DNA of 64,000 bases, taken from positions 1,437,674 through 1,501,673 of the forward strand of contig MU057651.1 of assembly GCA_013265495.1 (NCBI GenBank), given 5' to 3'. Both the position numbers and the translations under genes were made by a program. Positions 12,090 through 24,400 of the stretch are shown here, in pieces. The notes beneath the pieces are model-generated. The model did not search any database and was not told where the DNA came from. It saw nothing but the letters and a program-made list of their open reading frames with translations. The stretch is from Vicugna vicugna. Its lineage: Eukaryota. How positions within the stretch are numbered: the stretch's first letter is position 1; each line of letters starts with the position of its first letter.

Positions 12090-15000
12090 CACACAGTGGA
12101 ATCATATGTACCCATTAAAAACGATATGTATGGTAAAAATGTGGATGAATATCCAAGGAATTATGCTAAGGTTTTCTTTAAAAACAAAGCTAATCTCAAA
12201 GGTGACATACTGTATGATTCCATTTATATAACATTCTTGAAATGACAAATTTATAGACATGGAGAACAGATTAGTTGCCAGGTGTCAGGGACAGGACACA
12301 GGTGGGAGGGTAGTGGATGTGGCTGTAAAACAACAAAAGGAGAGATACTTATGGTGATGGAACTATTCCTTATTTTGACTGGTTGCTATAGGTTAGCACT
12401 GGAGGAAACTAGTTAAGAGGTACACGGGATCTCTGTGTTTTTCTTACAACTACTTCTGTATTGTGATATGATATTTATTATAGTATATTTTATATATTTA
12501 TCTCAAAATATAAAGTTTAATTTTCAAATGATGTGAACAGTGTGAATTTGTGATAAAGTGGGAGAAAAGCTTATGACATCATTAAGTAAACAAAGAATAG
12601 AACTATGATGAAAAAAGACAAAAAGTAAAGGAATAAACACAAATCTTGAGGTGAGGAAAAAACCAAAAAGGAAATCAACAGATTAAAAGCTGAAAATGAC
12701 CTTTATATATACATATAAAAGTAAAAATGATAAATATATCCAAACTAGGTTCTCCAAAGGAACCAAAAATAGATAAAGTACTTACTGGCCTGATTAAAAC
12801 ATAAAGTATAAGAAAGAGAACACAAAACCAGACAAGATTAAGTCCAAGAAAGAAAACATGACTACAGATGAGGAGATAGTTTTTTTAATTATAAAATAAG
12901 AGCATATAGTACATGCTCAACTAAATTCATGGCAACATTTTTGAAAACTGAGAACAGATAATTTCCCAGCAAAATACAAATGACCAAAATTGACTCAAAA
13001 AGATTTGAATGGTTGAATTAACATATAAAACATTGGAAAGGTGGTTAAGAGTCTATCAACTGAAAAAGGCACAAAGACTTCACAGTCGCGCTTCACAGTT
13101 GAGTTATCTGACCTTTAAAGATCACATAATTTCTAAGGGTAATTAAAATATTCCAGGCCAGAGAAAAAGAAGGAAAATTCTGCAGTTCATTTTACATAAT
13201 TACCATAATTTTAATCCTTCTACCTAAAATGAAAGGAATCCAATAGAAAATGACTCCAATCTTACTTGCGAATCCTGAGACCAGGTTCTAAATAAAAGAC
13301 TGACAAATAGAATCCAGCAATGTATCAAAATAGTAATATATTATTATATTATTTCAGTAATGTAAGAGTTGTTCAAAACCAGAAAAGCTAATGACATAAT
13401 TCACTATATCAAAAACTTAAAAAAAAGAATAAAAAAATTGACAAAGCATTTGATAAAATACAGAACTATTCCTTTTTAAAAAATCTCTCTAAGTAAATGT
13501 GGAAATTATTTAAATATAATAGGCTATTTAACAAAAACCAACAGCAAGCATTGGAAAAACACAGAAAAAAATTCTATTTAAAATCAGTTATAGACAGAGT
13601 GACCCACCAGCACCATTTTTATTTAATTCTGTCTTTGAGTTTCTAGCAAAAGCAAAAACAGAAGAAAATGACATAGCTAGTATAGCCATTGGAAAGAAGG
13701 GATAAAACTAAAATAAAATTTATCGGAAGAAAAACAATTTGGTAAGATAGCTAGATAGAAAAACTATTTTTAAAATTAATAAACTTTTTCTACTCTAGCA
13801 AGTGGCACTTAGGAATGGAAAGGAGGACAATATTCTATTCATAATGAACAAAAAAGCTATTAATTCTTTAGGAATAAATGTCAAGAAAGGCATAAAACAA
13901 GATCTGAACAGATAGAAGGAAATTACCATTTCTTAGATAAAAAGAGCTATAAATTTTTAAAAAATCAATTCTCACAAAGCTGAAATATAAATTTAATGCA
14001 ATTTTAATTAGAATCTCAATAGGGCGGGGGTAGGGGTTTGAATAAATGATATTAAAATGTGTATGTAAGAATACCAACGAACAGCCAAGAAAAATATTTT
14101 CTAAGCTAATGTAACCCAATCAACATGATTTATAACACAAATAGACACACAGATGAAACAGAATAGAGAATCCATAAATGGATCCTTGTATATAAAAAGT
14201 CTGATGACAAAGATGGCAGTTCAGTTCACAGGGGAAAGTAGGGATTATCTGATATATTATGCTAGTACCACTGGTTATCTATCTTTAAGAAAAATGTCTT
14301 TGGAGGGAGGGTATAGCTCAAGTGGTAGAGTGCACACTTAGCATGCAAGAGGTCCTGGGTTCAATCCCTAGTACCTCCATTAAAGAAAAATAAATAAATA
14401 AACCCAATTACCTCCCCCTAAAAAAGATTTAAAAATTTTTTTAAAAAGTCTTAACAAAGACTGGGAACTGAGAAGCTATAAGTAAATAATCATATTTGGA
14501 TATGAAAAAAGGCAAAAAATTATGTGGAAAAATATATCATCAGTAAAGTCAATATATACAGATTTGGGAAAAATATCTATAATAAAGATGATAGACCAAG
14601 AGCCAATATCCAAAATATACAAAGAGGCCTTACAAATTAAGAAAAATACAAACAACCCCTAGGAAATAGGCAGATACTATGAATAGAATTTCAAAGAGCC
14701 AATCCAATTGGACAAAAAAGAAAAAGAGGTAATACTGAAATCCATTAGCAGCCAATGAAATACATCCATTAAATTGTCAAAATTATAAAAGAACCATAAC
14801 ACCTTATGTTGGTAGACGTTAAAAAAAAAAGAATAATCTCATATACTACATATAAAAGGGAAACTTGAATTATGCCAGCCTGTTTTTATAACTCAGTATA
14901 ACAAATATTTTTTATTTATATACAAACATTTGTGTGTGTGTATGTATAAATTAAAAGCACCAGTATATAAGGGCATAAGCACAACAATGTTTAATTCGGC

Positions 15001-15500
15001 ATTGATTGTAGTGGCAGAAACCTGGAAAGAATGTACATGTTCATTAATAGGGGAATGGCTAAATAAACTGCACATCCATGATATATTTCACAGCCTTGTA
15101 AAAGAGTAAGAACTATACCAATAGGCTTTGATGGATTTCAGTGAGATACTGCTGAATGAGAAAAGTAAGATGTGCTAAAGTATATAGATGATTGTATTTT
15201 TCTAAAACCGTTAACAAAAACAACAAAATATTTAAAAACCTGTGTGTGTGTGTGTGTACACCTATGAGTAGAGAGAAGAATACAGAAGGATACATACTGG
15301 TTTGGTAATACACACGGATGATGTGGAAAGGTAGAGGCAAGGGCCAAAAAAACAAAGAAAAGGAGAGGAGGGAAAAAAAATGACCACTATAAAAAAACAA
15401 ATTCAACAACCATATTTATGTATTTTATATGTATAAACGTATACAAATTGAATTAAATTTACAAAAGATACAATAAAAAACTAAACATGATTTCTGCTTG
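12090..15500 (+). mobile_element. Highly decayed L1 fragments (3'UTR piece plus a long ORF2-to-3'UTR remnant)
   Basis: A-rich strand bias and ORF2-like motifs (aaagcatttgataaaat, gcaaatagaatccagcaatgtatcaaaa-like, aggggaatggctaaataaactg). Confidence 0.7.
14302..14442 (+). mobile_element. Vic-1-type SINE with intact-looking Pol III A and B boxes
   Basis: gggtatagctcaagtggtagagtg..cctgggttcaatccctagtacctcc; imperfect TSD aaaa(t)gtctt on both sides. Confidence 0.9.
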
Positions 15501-16700
15501 TAAAAAAAATAAAAGGAAGGCAATAACCAGAATAATCTTAGTGGTAGGATTAGAGGTGATGTTTATTTTCTACTTTATGGGTTTCTGTATTTTCTATAAT
15601 GAGAATTGTTACTCTCATAATAATGAAATAAAACCAATAAATGTTACTTTAAAAACATTACACTGAAAAACTGAGCCCATTTTGGGAAATCAAAGAAGGG
15701 AAACAGGGTCAAATACCCATTCCGCTTAGGAGCTGTCCAAGGAAGAGACCTGAAATCAGGATCCATTACCCCTCATCCAGCAGAAAGTCGCTCACCTAAG
15801 GCAAGAGACTAAGCGGCTATTCCAAGAAGCTATTTGAAGCAGCAAATGGGGTATATTTTCCCCTACCTAACACTTTAATGACTTAAGTAAATCAGAAAGC
15901 CATTTACACCACTCTCAATTATCCAAGGATCTGCTGGGCTCTTTACTTTCTGCCCCCTCTCTATGGCTTGCGGCCATTTCCCTGCTCAGAAACAGCTCCA
16001 AAATGGGGGCCAGAGAAGGCGGAAAGAGACAAAATTAATTTGGTCTATTTAGCTTCTCATTAGCAACTCTAATAAAAGGTTTGGTAAGTGAGATGGTCAC
16101 AACTCTTGGGTTAAAATGAGGGTTCCGAGACTCTTGAGAATTTCATTTAAGCAAACTTTACTTCAGATAAACACGATTTGCTTGCACTACACTTTAATGG
16201 ATTTGATGCTTCCTATTTTAAAGAAGTCAGGACTTGTAATAAGGTGATATTTTTCTCTCCTCACTTTAATTTGCACTTTAAGAAAAAAAAAAACCAAACA
16301 CAAGAACAAAGGCCTTCAAAGTGAAGAACCATATCCTCAGTGGAGCAGCAGGACCACATTGCAAAGATTCTTGAGAGGAGGGAAGCTGTCTGGCCCCCAG
16401 CATGCTCTCAAGAGAAACTTGAGGGCAGCAACCTTCCAAGGAAGCGTCCCTTGGCCACAAACCACCGCCACAAGGAATCGCTAAGAAGGATTTGTCAGGA
16501 CTTGACAAAAGCACAAAGGCCAAATATCCACATACAACATTTCCCTATTGCAGCAGGTCCTTGAAGACTTTTGTCCCTTAGGAAACCCAGAGACAAAGCG
16601 CTGCAGGCTCAAGGTGTTCAGAGCAATGTGTTCTTCATCCTTTGTTATCAAACAGACAAAACAGTTCAGCAATAGCAACAGAAAAATGATTTTCCCTTAC

Positions 16701-16750
16701 TTGAAGACGACGATAGCTCCCGGACATGGAGGGCAGGCCAGGAGGAAGAT
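16701..16750 (-). CDS. TMEM164: TMEM164 internal coding exon, 50 nt, phase 0 start and phase 2 end, encoding [16 protein letters not shown](K)
   Basis: Minus strand reads cttaatttttttccattgcag|ATCTTCCTCCTGGCCTGCCCTCCATGTCCGGGAGCTATCGTCGTCTTCAA|gtaagg, with a canonical acceptor, branch-like cttaat and a GTAAG donor. The peptide matches recalled human TMEM164 ..[26 protein letters not shown].. Confidence 0.93.
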
Positions 16751-16818
16751 CTGCAATGGAAAAAAATTAAGTATGGTTATCAAGAGAAATGTTGGACACA
16801 GTGAGACAGTGTTACTTC

Positions 16819-16863
<45 letters not shown>
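16819..16863. repeat. (AAT)n microsatellite ~70-110 nt upstream of the TMEM164 exon acceptor
   Basis: Direct reading, about 15 perfect units. Confidence 0.95.
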
Positions 16864-17285
16864 TCAAAAAATAATCAAACTCTTACCCAAAAAATGTAAT
16901 ACAAAAAATTTAAAAGGCAAGCAGGTGGTTTTCCAAACATGTTTGCATTAGCACATGAACCTATGTGTGCATGTATGTTCTGGGTGTGTGTGTGTATGTG
17001 AGAAACAGAGAAGGGAAGAAGGAAAGAGATGGATGCAGAGCAAAGAAGTGTTTGGTGGGGTAGGAGATGAGGAAAGCCTTGCTTAGGCCCTTTCAGCCTC
17101 AGTAACACCTCCTCTCAACCTTTAGAAGACTCAATTTTCAACTCTTCAATTTTAGTTATGACACAAGTAGCCACTATGAGAAGCTTTTAACCCAGGACAA
17201 GTTAAAAATAGATTCTGAGCATAGGACGAATACACAAATGCTATCTGGTTTGCCTCCCATGGGGGAAGGTGAATTAATCAATACC

Positions 17286-17475
17286 TAGCATTGTCAGATT
17301 TAGCAACTAAAAACATAGGATGCCAGTTTAATTTGCATTTCAGATAAACAATGGATTATGTTTTAGTATAAGTATACCCTAAATATTGCATGGAGCATAC
17401 ATAAACTAAAACATTATTCATTGTCATCTGAAATGCAAATTTAACTGGGCATCCTGTATTTATCCAAAATTCCCT
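17286..17475. mobile_element. MER53 palindromic hAT MITE
   Basis: aggatgccagtttaatttgcatttcagata..tctgaaatgcaaatttaactgggcatcct inverted arms, resembling recalled MER53. Confidence 0.8.
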
Positions 17476-17482
17476 TTGATTT

Positions 17483-18038
17483 TGAAGGGGAGCAGAATTT
17501 GCTGCCTCAAAAGTATAAGAATTTGGCATAAGGATTATTTTAGGCTGATTGTTTTCAAGAAACAGCAGACATAGGAAAAGCTCTGAAAACTGTGTAGAAG
17601 TGACATAAGAGACAACTATAGTTACAAGGAAAATCTCCATTTGTAAGGATGTTTTCCTCTTCGGATCAGGAGGATGACTTTAAACCTCTAGAAATGCTCA
17701 AATGTGGAGAAGGCAAGGAACTAAATCTGCAATAATAATCTTAACCTTGTTTACTGTGCCTTTCCTGTTCACCTCCAGGAACTGCTCCCCCATTGTCCCC
17801 ACCCCCCAAATCAACACCCAACATTTTTCTTTAGCTGGAAAAGATATTTAAGGTGGTGACTTGGGCCATTTCAGGAAGTTACTCAGTTTTCCTGGATCTC
17901 TCCCATGTGTACAGGAGGTATACATGTTATTAAACCTCTGTTTGTTTTTCTCCTGTTAATCTGTCTCTTATTGGGGAAGCAGGGGGTTCAGCCAGGAACC
18001 TAGAAGGGTAGAGGGAAAATTATTTTTCCTCCCCCACA
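17483..18038 (+). mobile_element. Solo ERV1 LTR, MER34-like
   Basis: tgaaggggagcagaatttgc..ttggcataaggattatttt..attaaa..ttcctcccccaca. Confidence 0.75.
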
Positions 18039-18719
18039 TTTGATTGGTTTGTTCCTATGCATGACTTAGGTGGTTACTCTCCTATTTCCCTCCCAAGTCA
18101 AACCAAACAAAAAGAACCCAGTTCATCTAAGAGACAGATAAGTTCCCTGCTACTAGGAATGCTGATTCCATAATTCTGGACCTCCAGGAATCTGCATGTA
18201 TCTGGACCTCCAGGAATCTGCCCCAGGAGATTTGACCACTCCAGGCAGCCAGATATGCTGAATGTTTGATCAAAGGCATTCCGGAGGAATAAGGATTCAC
18301 AAAATTGTTTTGTTTATGGAGTTATTTCACCTACAGTAACTTAATAGTGTGGATTTACAAAATCATTGATATTGGTCCCTATATTGTGGTGAGCAGTTAT
18401 GAACAGACATTATCTGCTCTATGGACTGGTTTGGCTTTGTCACGTGTGCATTCTATGGCATTCAGTTCTTCAGTTCTCTCAGGATCTACATTTAGAAGCA
18501 AAGGGTACTATAAGGAAAATCACTGTAAGTAAAGACGCCTGCTTGAATTCCTGCCAAGGAGAAAAGAATGGAAAAGAAAGAGTCTTGAAAGGAACACAGC
18601 CAGGAGTCCATCAACCACACAATACCTCATCAGAGAACCCTGCCAAGAAAATATCCATGGAGAACGTGCCTTTCCCCTGTGGATCAATTTGATTTAAAAG
18701 TGCAAAACCAATGACAATT

Positions 18720-19060
18720 ACAGGTCCACAATCCTTTATCTGTGATCACCAAATCCAAAAGGCTCTAACGACTGGAAGTCTGACTTGTTTTTGTTCTTTT
18801 TTCCAAAACTAATGTGATAGCAAATATGACTTGAACTGAGCTGAGGCTATTTATTTTCTTTATTCCACTTGTGATGAGTATTCACACGTTTTTCCACAAA
18901 CAGAATGTATTTTGATTATGGGGTGCTGTCCCAGACCCCCACTGTGAGTGTCTGTAAAGCACTCCGCCTTCACTGTATTGCTTTTTTAAAATAAAAAAAA
19001 TGTGGACTTCTGAAATACATCTGACCTTAATGGTTTGGGATAAGGATTGTCAACTTGGAA
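18720..19060. mobile_element. MER46/Tigger-like DNA transposon relic
   Basis: tacaggtccacaatcctttatc at the start and gataaggattgtcaacttg at the end (imperfect TIRs). Confidence 0.6.
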
Positions 19061-22039
19061 TTTCAGTTATCCAAACATTAACTTATCCCCACTCCCATAC
19101 CCCACCCCACCCCTCAGGAGCAGTTGAGGAAAGAAACAAAGCTGGTATTAGTTAGCACTGACCCAGCAGTAAAGTTACTCACCTTAGGCAAGGGACCAAG
19201 TTGGAGGCTGTACATAGTTACCCAGCATCGGGCCCATCAAAGGCTACACTCAGAAGCTACAGTATACAGAAAGCAGACAGGGGCCCCCAACCACTTTTGG
19301 AAAGGTCCTCAATACTTCTGGAGTCACCTAAGAGCCATGCCAGCAGCCTTCCTGAGCTTCTGGAATACCCTCGATACTACCAACGTGCTAAACAGAAAAG
19401 CAAAAATGGGACACTGGGGCCCCACAGTTAACTCTTACTTTTCTACACCCACAGCCAAGAGGAGACAAGTAGATTCTTGGGAAGCGCACTTTCCTGTAAC
19501 CACTCATTTGGTTGGTTCTGATCCACGACAGCCCTGTCAGAAGCCCAGAAACCTACTGAAGTAAGCAAGCCGCCAGTCCCAATTCAGTCATGGATCTGAT
19601 TTCTTTTGAGGCAGTTTTTCTGGTCTAAACTCTAAATGAGTTTTCCAACAGTTACTTTCCCGTGGCCATGTCATTCCAACCTGCGCATTGGCCCTCCTCA
19701 TCTTGCCTGTCTTTTCCCGACACCAGGATAGAGGGTATCTTTTTCAAGTAATCTTTAAATCAGATACATGTAGATATATCAAAAAAGCAGATTTGAAAAA
19801 GGACCCCAAATTCACCCCATGCTTTTCCAGTAAACTCATGGGTTTCTTCAGCAGCTTCATTTATAACACTGAACCTCTCCACTTTGTCATGCTGGAGCCA
19901 CATCCATAATCATTATTAACCAAAGGAGCTGCCTGATAATAACATGTTAATTCAGAGGCCCGAAGGCCCCCCAGCCTTGGCCTGAATATCCCTGCTCTCT
20001 TCTTCGGTTGGCTGCCAACTGCCTCCAAATTTTGGTAGCACATGTTTTAGCCTGGCAGGTGGAAAATTAAAACTATTCCTTCAGCTGCAAACAGAGTGGT
20101 AAGAGAGGCCACTTGGAAGTGCACACAAGGATGGCAGGAAGATGAGAAGGCATCTGAGCACATCCCAGCATGTGGCACTTTGCATTTATGCTGCAATCTG
20201 CCTGGCTCAGCACCTGAAGAAACAGGCACAGGCAGGTAGCATGCAGAGAAATGCTACAAAGCTCTTCCATTTACCCTTCACCTGGAAGCAAAGTAGGGTC
20301 CTGTTAGAGATCCCATTTAACAGATGAAGAAACCTAGGGGAAAGGTTCTGACAAGCTTTCTGGCAAGAATCCGGGTCCCCTAAATCCCATATCAACACAC
20401 TTTCCACCTCACACCTGACATGGTCCCAGCCTCATGGGGGCTTCTCTAGACTCTAGCTCTGCTCTTTGACCCCCATGGCACACCAGGAGTCACCTCAGTG
20501 GCCCCACACCTGTGCCACCACACAGCTCACCAAATCTACTTACTCTCTACCAGGTGAGACATCCCAAAACACAAACCTACCTGGGCAGCAAATGACATTT
20601 ACACACAGATAGCTTTCAGAGTCCAGCATTCCCTAAAGACAGGCTGATCTTAGCTCCAACCTACCTCATTCCCAGGTCGGCTGGGTGCTTACAGTTCTTG
20701 AATCCTTACAAAATTGAGGTCTTTTTTGGATGATTTTTTTCCTGGAAAAATCTTCAAGTTCCATTCAAAACCTCCTTCTCTCAGCTTCCCCAGGAGAGAG
20801 CAGCTCTCTGTGCTACTCCAAGGTTATCTTGTCCAGAAACTTAAAAATTCAGCTTTTTCCTAAGCACCCAATCTAGGTACCAGCAACTGTACCAGTTCAT
20901 CCTCTGAACCACTCCGGTCCCAGGTTCCCATCTTCCTTACCCACACTCTCAGTATCACTTTTCCCACTTCCTCTTGCTGTGCCTGTTCCACAGTCCTATC
21001 AGCCCCAAGTTCATAGGCATCATTGTCCAGCTCCCTGTCAAATTCTGCTTCACCCCAACACTGGATTCAATAAACGCTCCTGGTCCTAATGCCTAAAGAT
21101 CATTTTTGTTCGCAGGAGGAAGTGTTAGTACTTTGAGAAATGTCGTCAGGAAGGAAGGAGGACGAGTCACCAAGACCATCCTAAATGAGGGGCTAGCGGA
21201 TTAAGCAGTGAAGGCGGGGGTGGGAAAACTAACTAAGAGAGAAAGAGAGCGAGAGAGGGACAGGAGAGTGGTGTTCAGCCAGGCACACAATCTTCAGAGG
21301 CCCAGCCCCATGGCTCCAGTCCTCCTGGCTCCACCGCCTATGATAACACCCAACTATTCAGGGGTTCCTGAGGACAAGTGTTTGTAAACATTGCCCACCA
21401 CAGGAAAGATCCATGCCTTGGGCTGTCTAAAGTCTGTCCTAGGTTCTATTCACTAATGTTTATACTCTCAGGTCCTCATCTTCTCCCCCTGGATCACTGC
21501 CATCATTTTCTCTGGTATCTTACCTCCAGGCACACTGTTGCAAGAGGGAGCTATCTAAAATACAGTCTGATCTGCCCTCTAAAATCTTTTAATGCCTGGC
21601 CAGTACCTACAGGAAAAGGTCAAGCTCCTTAGCCTGACAGGCAAGGCCTTCTCTACTCCAGACCCCATCCACCTGTCCAGCATGGTGGCCTTATGCATTG
21701 TCCCAAACCATATCCTGAATATACTCCATGTGACTAACATGCTCCTACAATTTCACTTTCTAACAGCTTCATTTTATTCAGTTATGTGGATATGCAACTC
21801 AACCAGTCTCCTCCTGTTGCACATGTAACTTAAGCCAAAATTTTCAGATCCTTTACTATTTATTTAGTCTACATTTGTAGAATGAGAATTTCTAGGTATT
21901 CAAAGGGAATAAATATTTTCAGGCTTTTAACCTGTGATTCTAATCTGCCTTCCAAAAAATGTCTTTGACTTTACACTCTTGCAGGGAACATGGGAATGTG
22001 TTTTTGCTACAGCCTGGCCAATAGGTCATTATCACTTTT

Positions 22040-22576
22040 TAAAAGGCTGCAGAATTTGCTAGCTCAAAAATGACTCCTTAGCATAAGGATTATTTTGAGT
22101 TGGTTTAAAAAAAAACACAGCAGATACAGGAGAAGCTTTGAAAATCAAGGTGAAGGGACCCTTTTTGTAAGAGACATTTACATTTATGAGGGAAATCTCC
22201 ATTTGTAAGGGTGTCTCCCATCTGTACAAGGAAGAAAAGGATGACTCTAAAGCCCTAGAAACTCAGCTTCTCAATAGAGAAGGCAGCAACTTAAATCTGC
22301 GTAACAACCTTACCTTTGTTTACTGTCCTTTTCCAGGTCACCTGGCATAAGAGGCTCCCTCCCCTCTTTTGTCTTTAGCTGGAGATGCTAATTAAGGTGG
22401 TGGCTTGGGCCATTTCAGGGAGTTCCTCAGTTTTCCTGGGTTTCTCATATGTATACAGGAGGTATACGTGTTATTAAAGGTCTGTTTGTTTTTCTTGTTG
22501 TTTTGTCTTTTATTACAGGGTAATCTCAGCCAAGAATTTAGAAGGGTAGAGAGAAAATTAATTTTCCTCCCCTACA
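22040..22576 (+). mobile_element. Solo ERV1 LTR, MER34-like, inside a minus-strand old L1 remnant (~21750-23110)
   Basis: Clear similarity to 17483-18038 throughout, ending attttcctcccctaca. Confidence 0.75.
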
Positions 22577-22877
22577 ACACATACACACACACACACACAA
22601 TTTGCTGCTCTCATTTGCATGTCTCAGATTACCAGAAATATTAAACTATTTTCTAACATGTTTTTTGGCCAGCTGTTATTTCTTCTTTTGGGATGTGACC
22701 ATCTGTGGTCTTTGCCCATTTTTTAACTGGTGTGTTCTTTTTCTTATTGAGTTATAAGTGCTATTTATGTTTTAATGATATTTAATACACACTATTTGAC
22801 ATTTATTACAAATACTTCCTCCACGTTGCCATTGCTGTAGCTTTGCTTATGATGTTTTTTGATGTACGGAAGCTTTT

Positions 22878-22966
22878 TTTTTTAATGGAGGTACTGGGGA
22901 TTGAACCAGGACCTCATCCATACTAAGCATGCACTCTACCTCTGAGCTATCTAAACCTCCCTACCA
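22878..22966 (-). mobile_element. Vic-1-type SINE
   Basis: T-run, then aatggaggtactggggattgaacccagg..gcactctacctctgagctat; TSD gaagctttt at 22869-22877 and 22967-22975. Confidence 0.9.
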
Positions 22967-23142
22967 GAAGCTTTTATATCTTTATGTAAGCAGATATACT
23001 TGTCACTTCCTTCATGGCTTCTGTCTTTGATATCATGCTTTGAAAGTCTTTTACAACCCTGGGATTTTAAAAAAGAATCACCTGTTGTTTTCATAATATT
23101 TTAAAATTTTAAATCTCTACTATCAAGAAATGGTATTACTGC

Positions 23143-23640
23143 TGTGAGCGAAAAATACTGCAAACCATATCAGGAAACAAAGAATGCTGAAGCCATCAAG
23201 TCATCAGCCACTGCCGCCATCCCTCAGTGAAGACAAGCCTGCAACCCAGCCTCTGCAGCCACTCACAATGGTGCACTCTGAGGGGACTCAGAATAAGAAA
23301 GGACAGGATACTGGCCCTAGATAGCTAGGTGCTTGTCAAAGGAATGAATTTAGTGAGCCCAAATGTTTGCTTCCTCCCGTACCTAGAAGAGCACTAAATG
23401 CTTTAAGTTGAGATGCCTGGTTTTCTTTAGTTAACAAGTAATCTTTTAATGTTCCAACTACCTGGTCTTTGTTGTAGAGCTCCTATATATCCTAGCTCCT
23501 CCCCTACCTCTTCAGAGCATCCCCTCAGAGTGATCTGAGAGGCTGTCATCCCTGGCTCTAAGGGGTTCGAATCCTCAGAAATGTCTGCCAAATAAAACAT
23601 AACTCTCAACTTTTAGGCTGTGCATTTATTTCAGTCGACA
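23143..23640 (+). mobile_element. Solo ERV LTR (family not assigned)
   Basis: TG..CA termini, tatata box (~23485), aataaa (~23591), near 4-bp TSD ctgc/ctgt. Confidence 0.75.
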
Positions 23641-24149
23641 CTGTTAATTCTCCTCACTATTCCATAATGGCCTTCTCATCTTTCCTCTTACTTTCCCTTT
23701 AAATAACAAAGCATCATTTCCCCTATCCTCCCATTAACTCCTTCTGTTGACCTCTTTCTGAGAAACTACCATTTTTGTCAGTGCAAGGAGCTGACAAAGA
23801 GCCTTCCCTCAAGAATTTAGACAAAAGGGAAACAAGAGTACCTACTAAGAAACTCTTAGGCTTCAAAATCAACATACAATGGACTAAAAGGATTGTAAAT
23901 TCATTTTAAAGCCTGACTGTTCCAAGACTTGAAAGGCCAGATTGTAACCTGCTTGAATTATATCCAAAGAAAGAATAGAGCTGGCCAACCACTGAGGATT
24001 TAGAATAAGGAGACTCACAAAGGCATATTTGGCAGTGTCCATATCCAAGCACTACCCAGGGATTAGAGAATCTTACGCTTATAAACATCAAATTTTCTGG
24101 TCTCATTGCCAAATTCATCCTTATCAAGAGGATGGAAGCAGGACAGGTA

Positions 24150-24400
24150 GCACTGGCAAGTCGTTAAGATTATGGGCTTTAGAGTTAAAACAGACTTGGG
24201 TCCACATGCTGGCTCTGCCATTCACCATCACTTTAACCTTGGGCAAGAGATTGGAGAATTTTCATCTCTAAAATAGGGATAAAAATAGTACCTATGTCTC
24301 ACGAGGTTTTGGAGAGGATCAAATGAGATAAAGCAAGCAAAGCATCTGGCACAATGTCTAGCACATAGCCAGCACTCAATAAATAGTAGCTATAATTATT
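24150..24400 (+). mobile_element. MIR SINE
   Basis: ctggctctgcca..ccttgggcaag..gaggatcaaatgagata..cactcaataaat core. Confidence 0.75.

Noticed and set aside
14302..14380. tRNA-Ala-like genes (five copies in the window)
   Set aside because: They have A-rich tails, TSDs and degenerate stems, so they are tRNA-derived SINEs rather than tRNA genes.
16701..16727. Alternative reading MSGSYRRLQ as a start exon
   Set aside because: The phase-0 frame matches TMEM164; this frame has no independent support.
19124..19564. 146-aa plus-strand ORF
   Set aside because: Non-ATG start, antisense to the host gene and no recognisable domain.
20073..20230. Acceptor-like gtttcttcag|GTG on the minus strand
   Set aside because: No credible downstream donor and no recognisable peptide.
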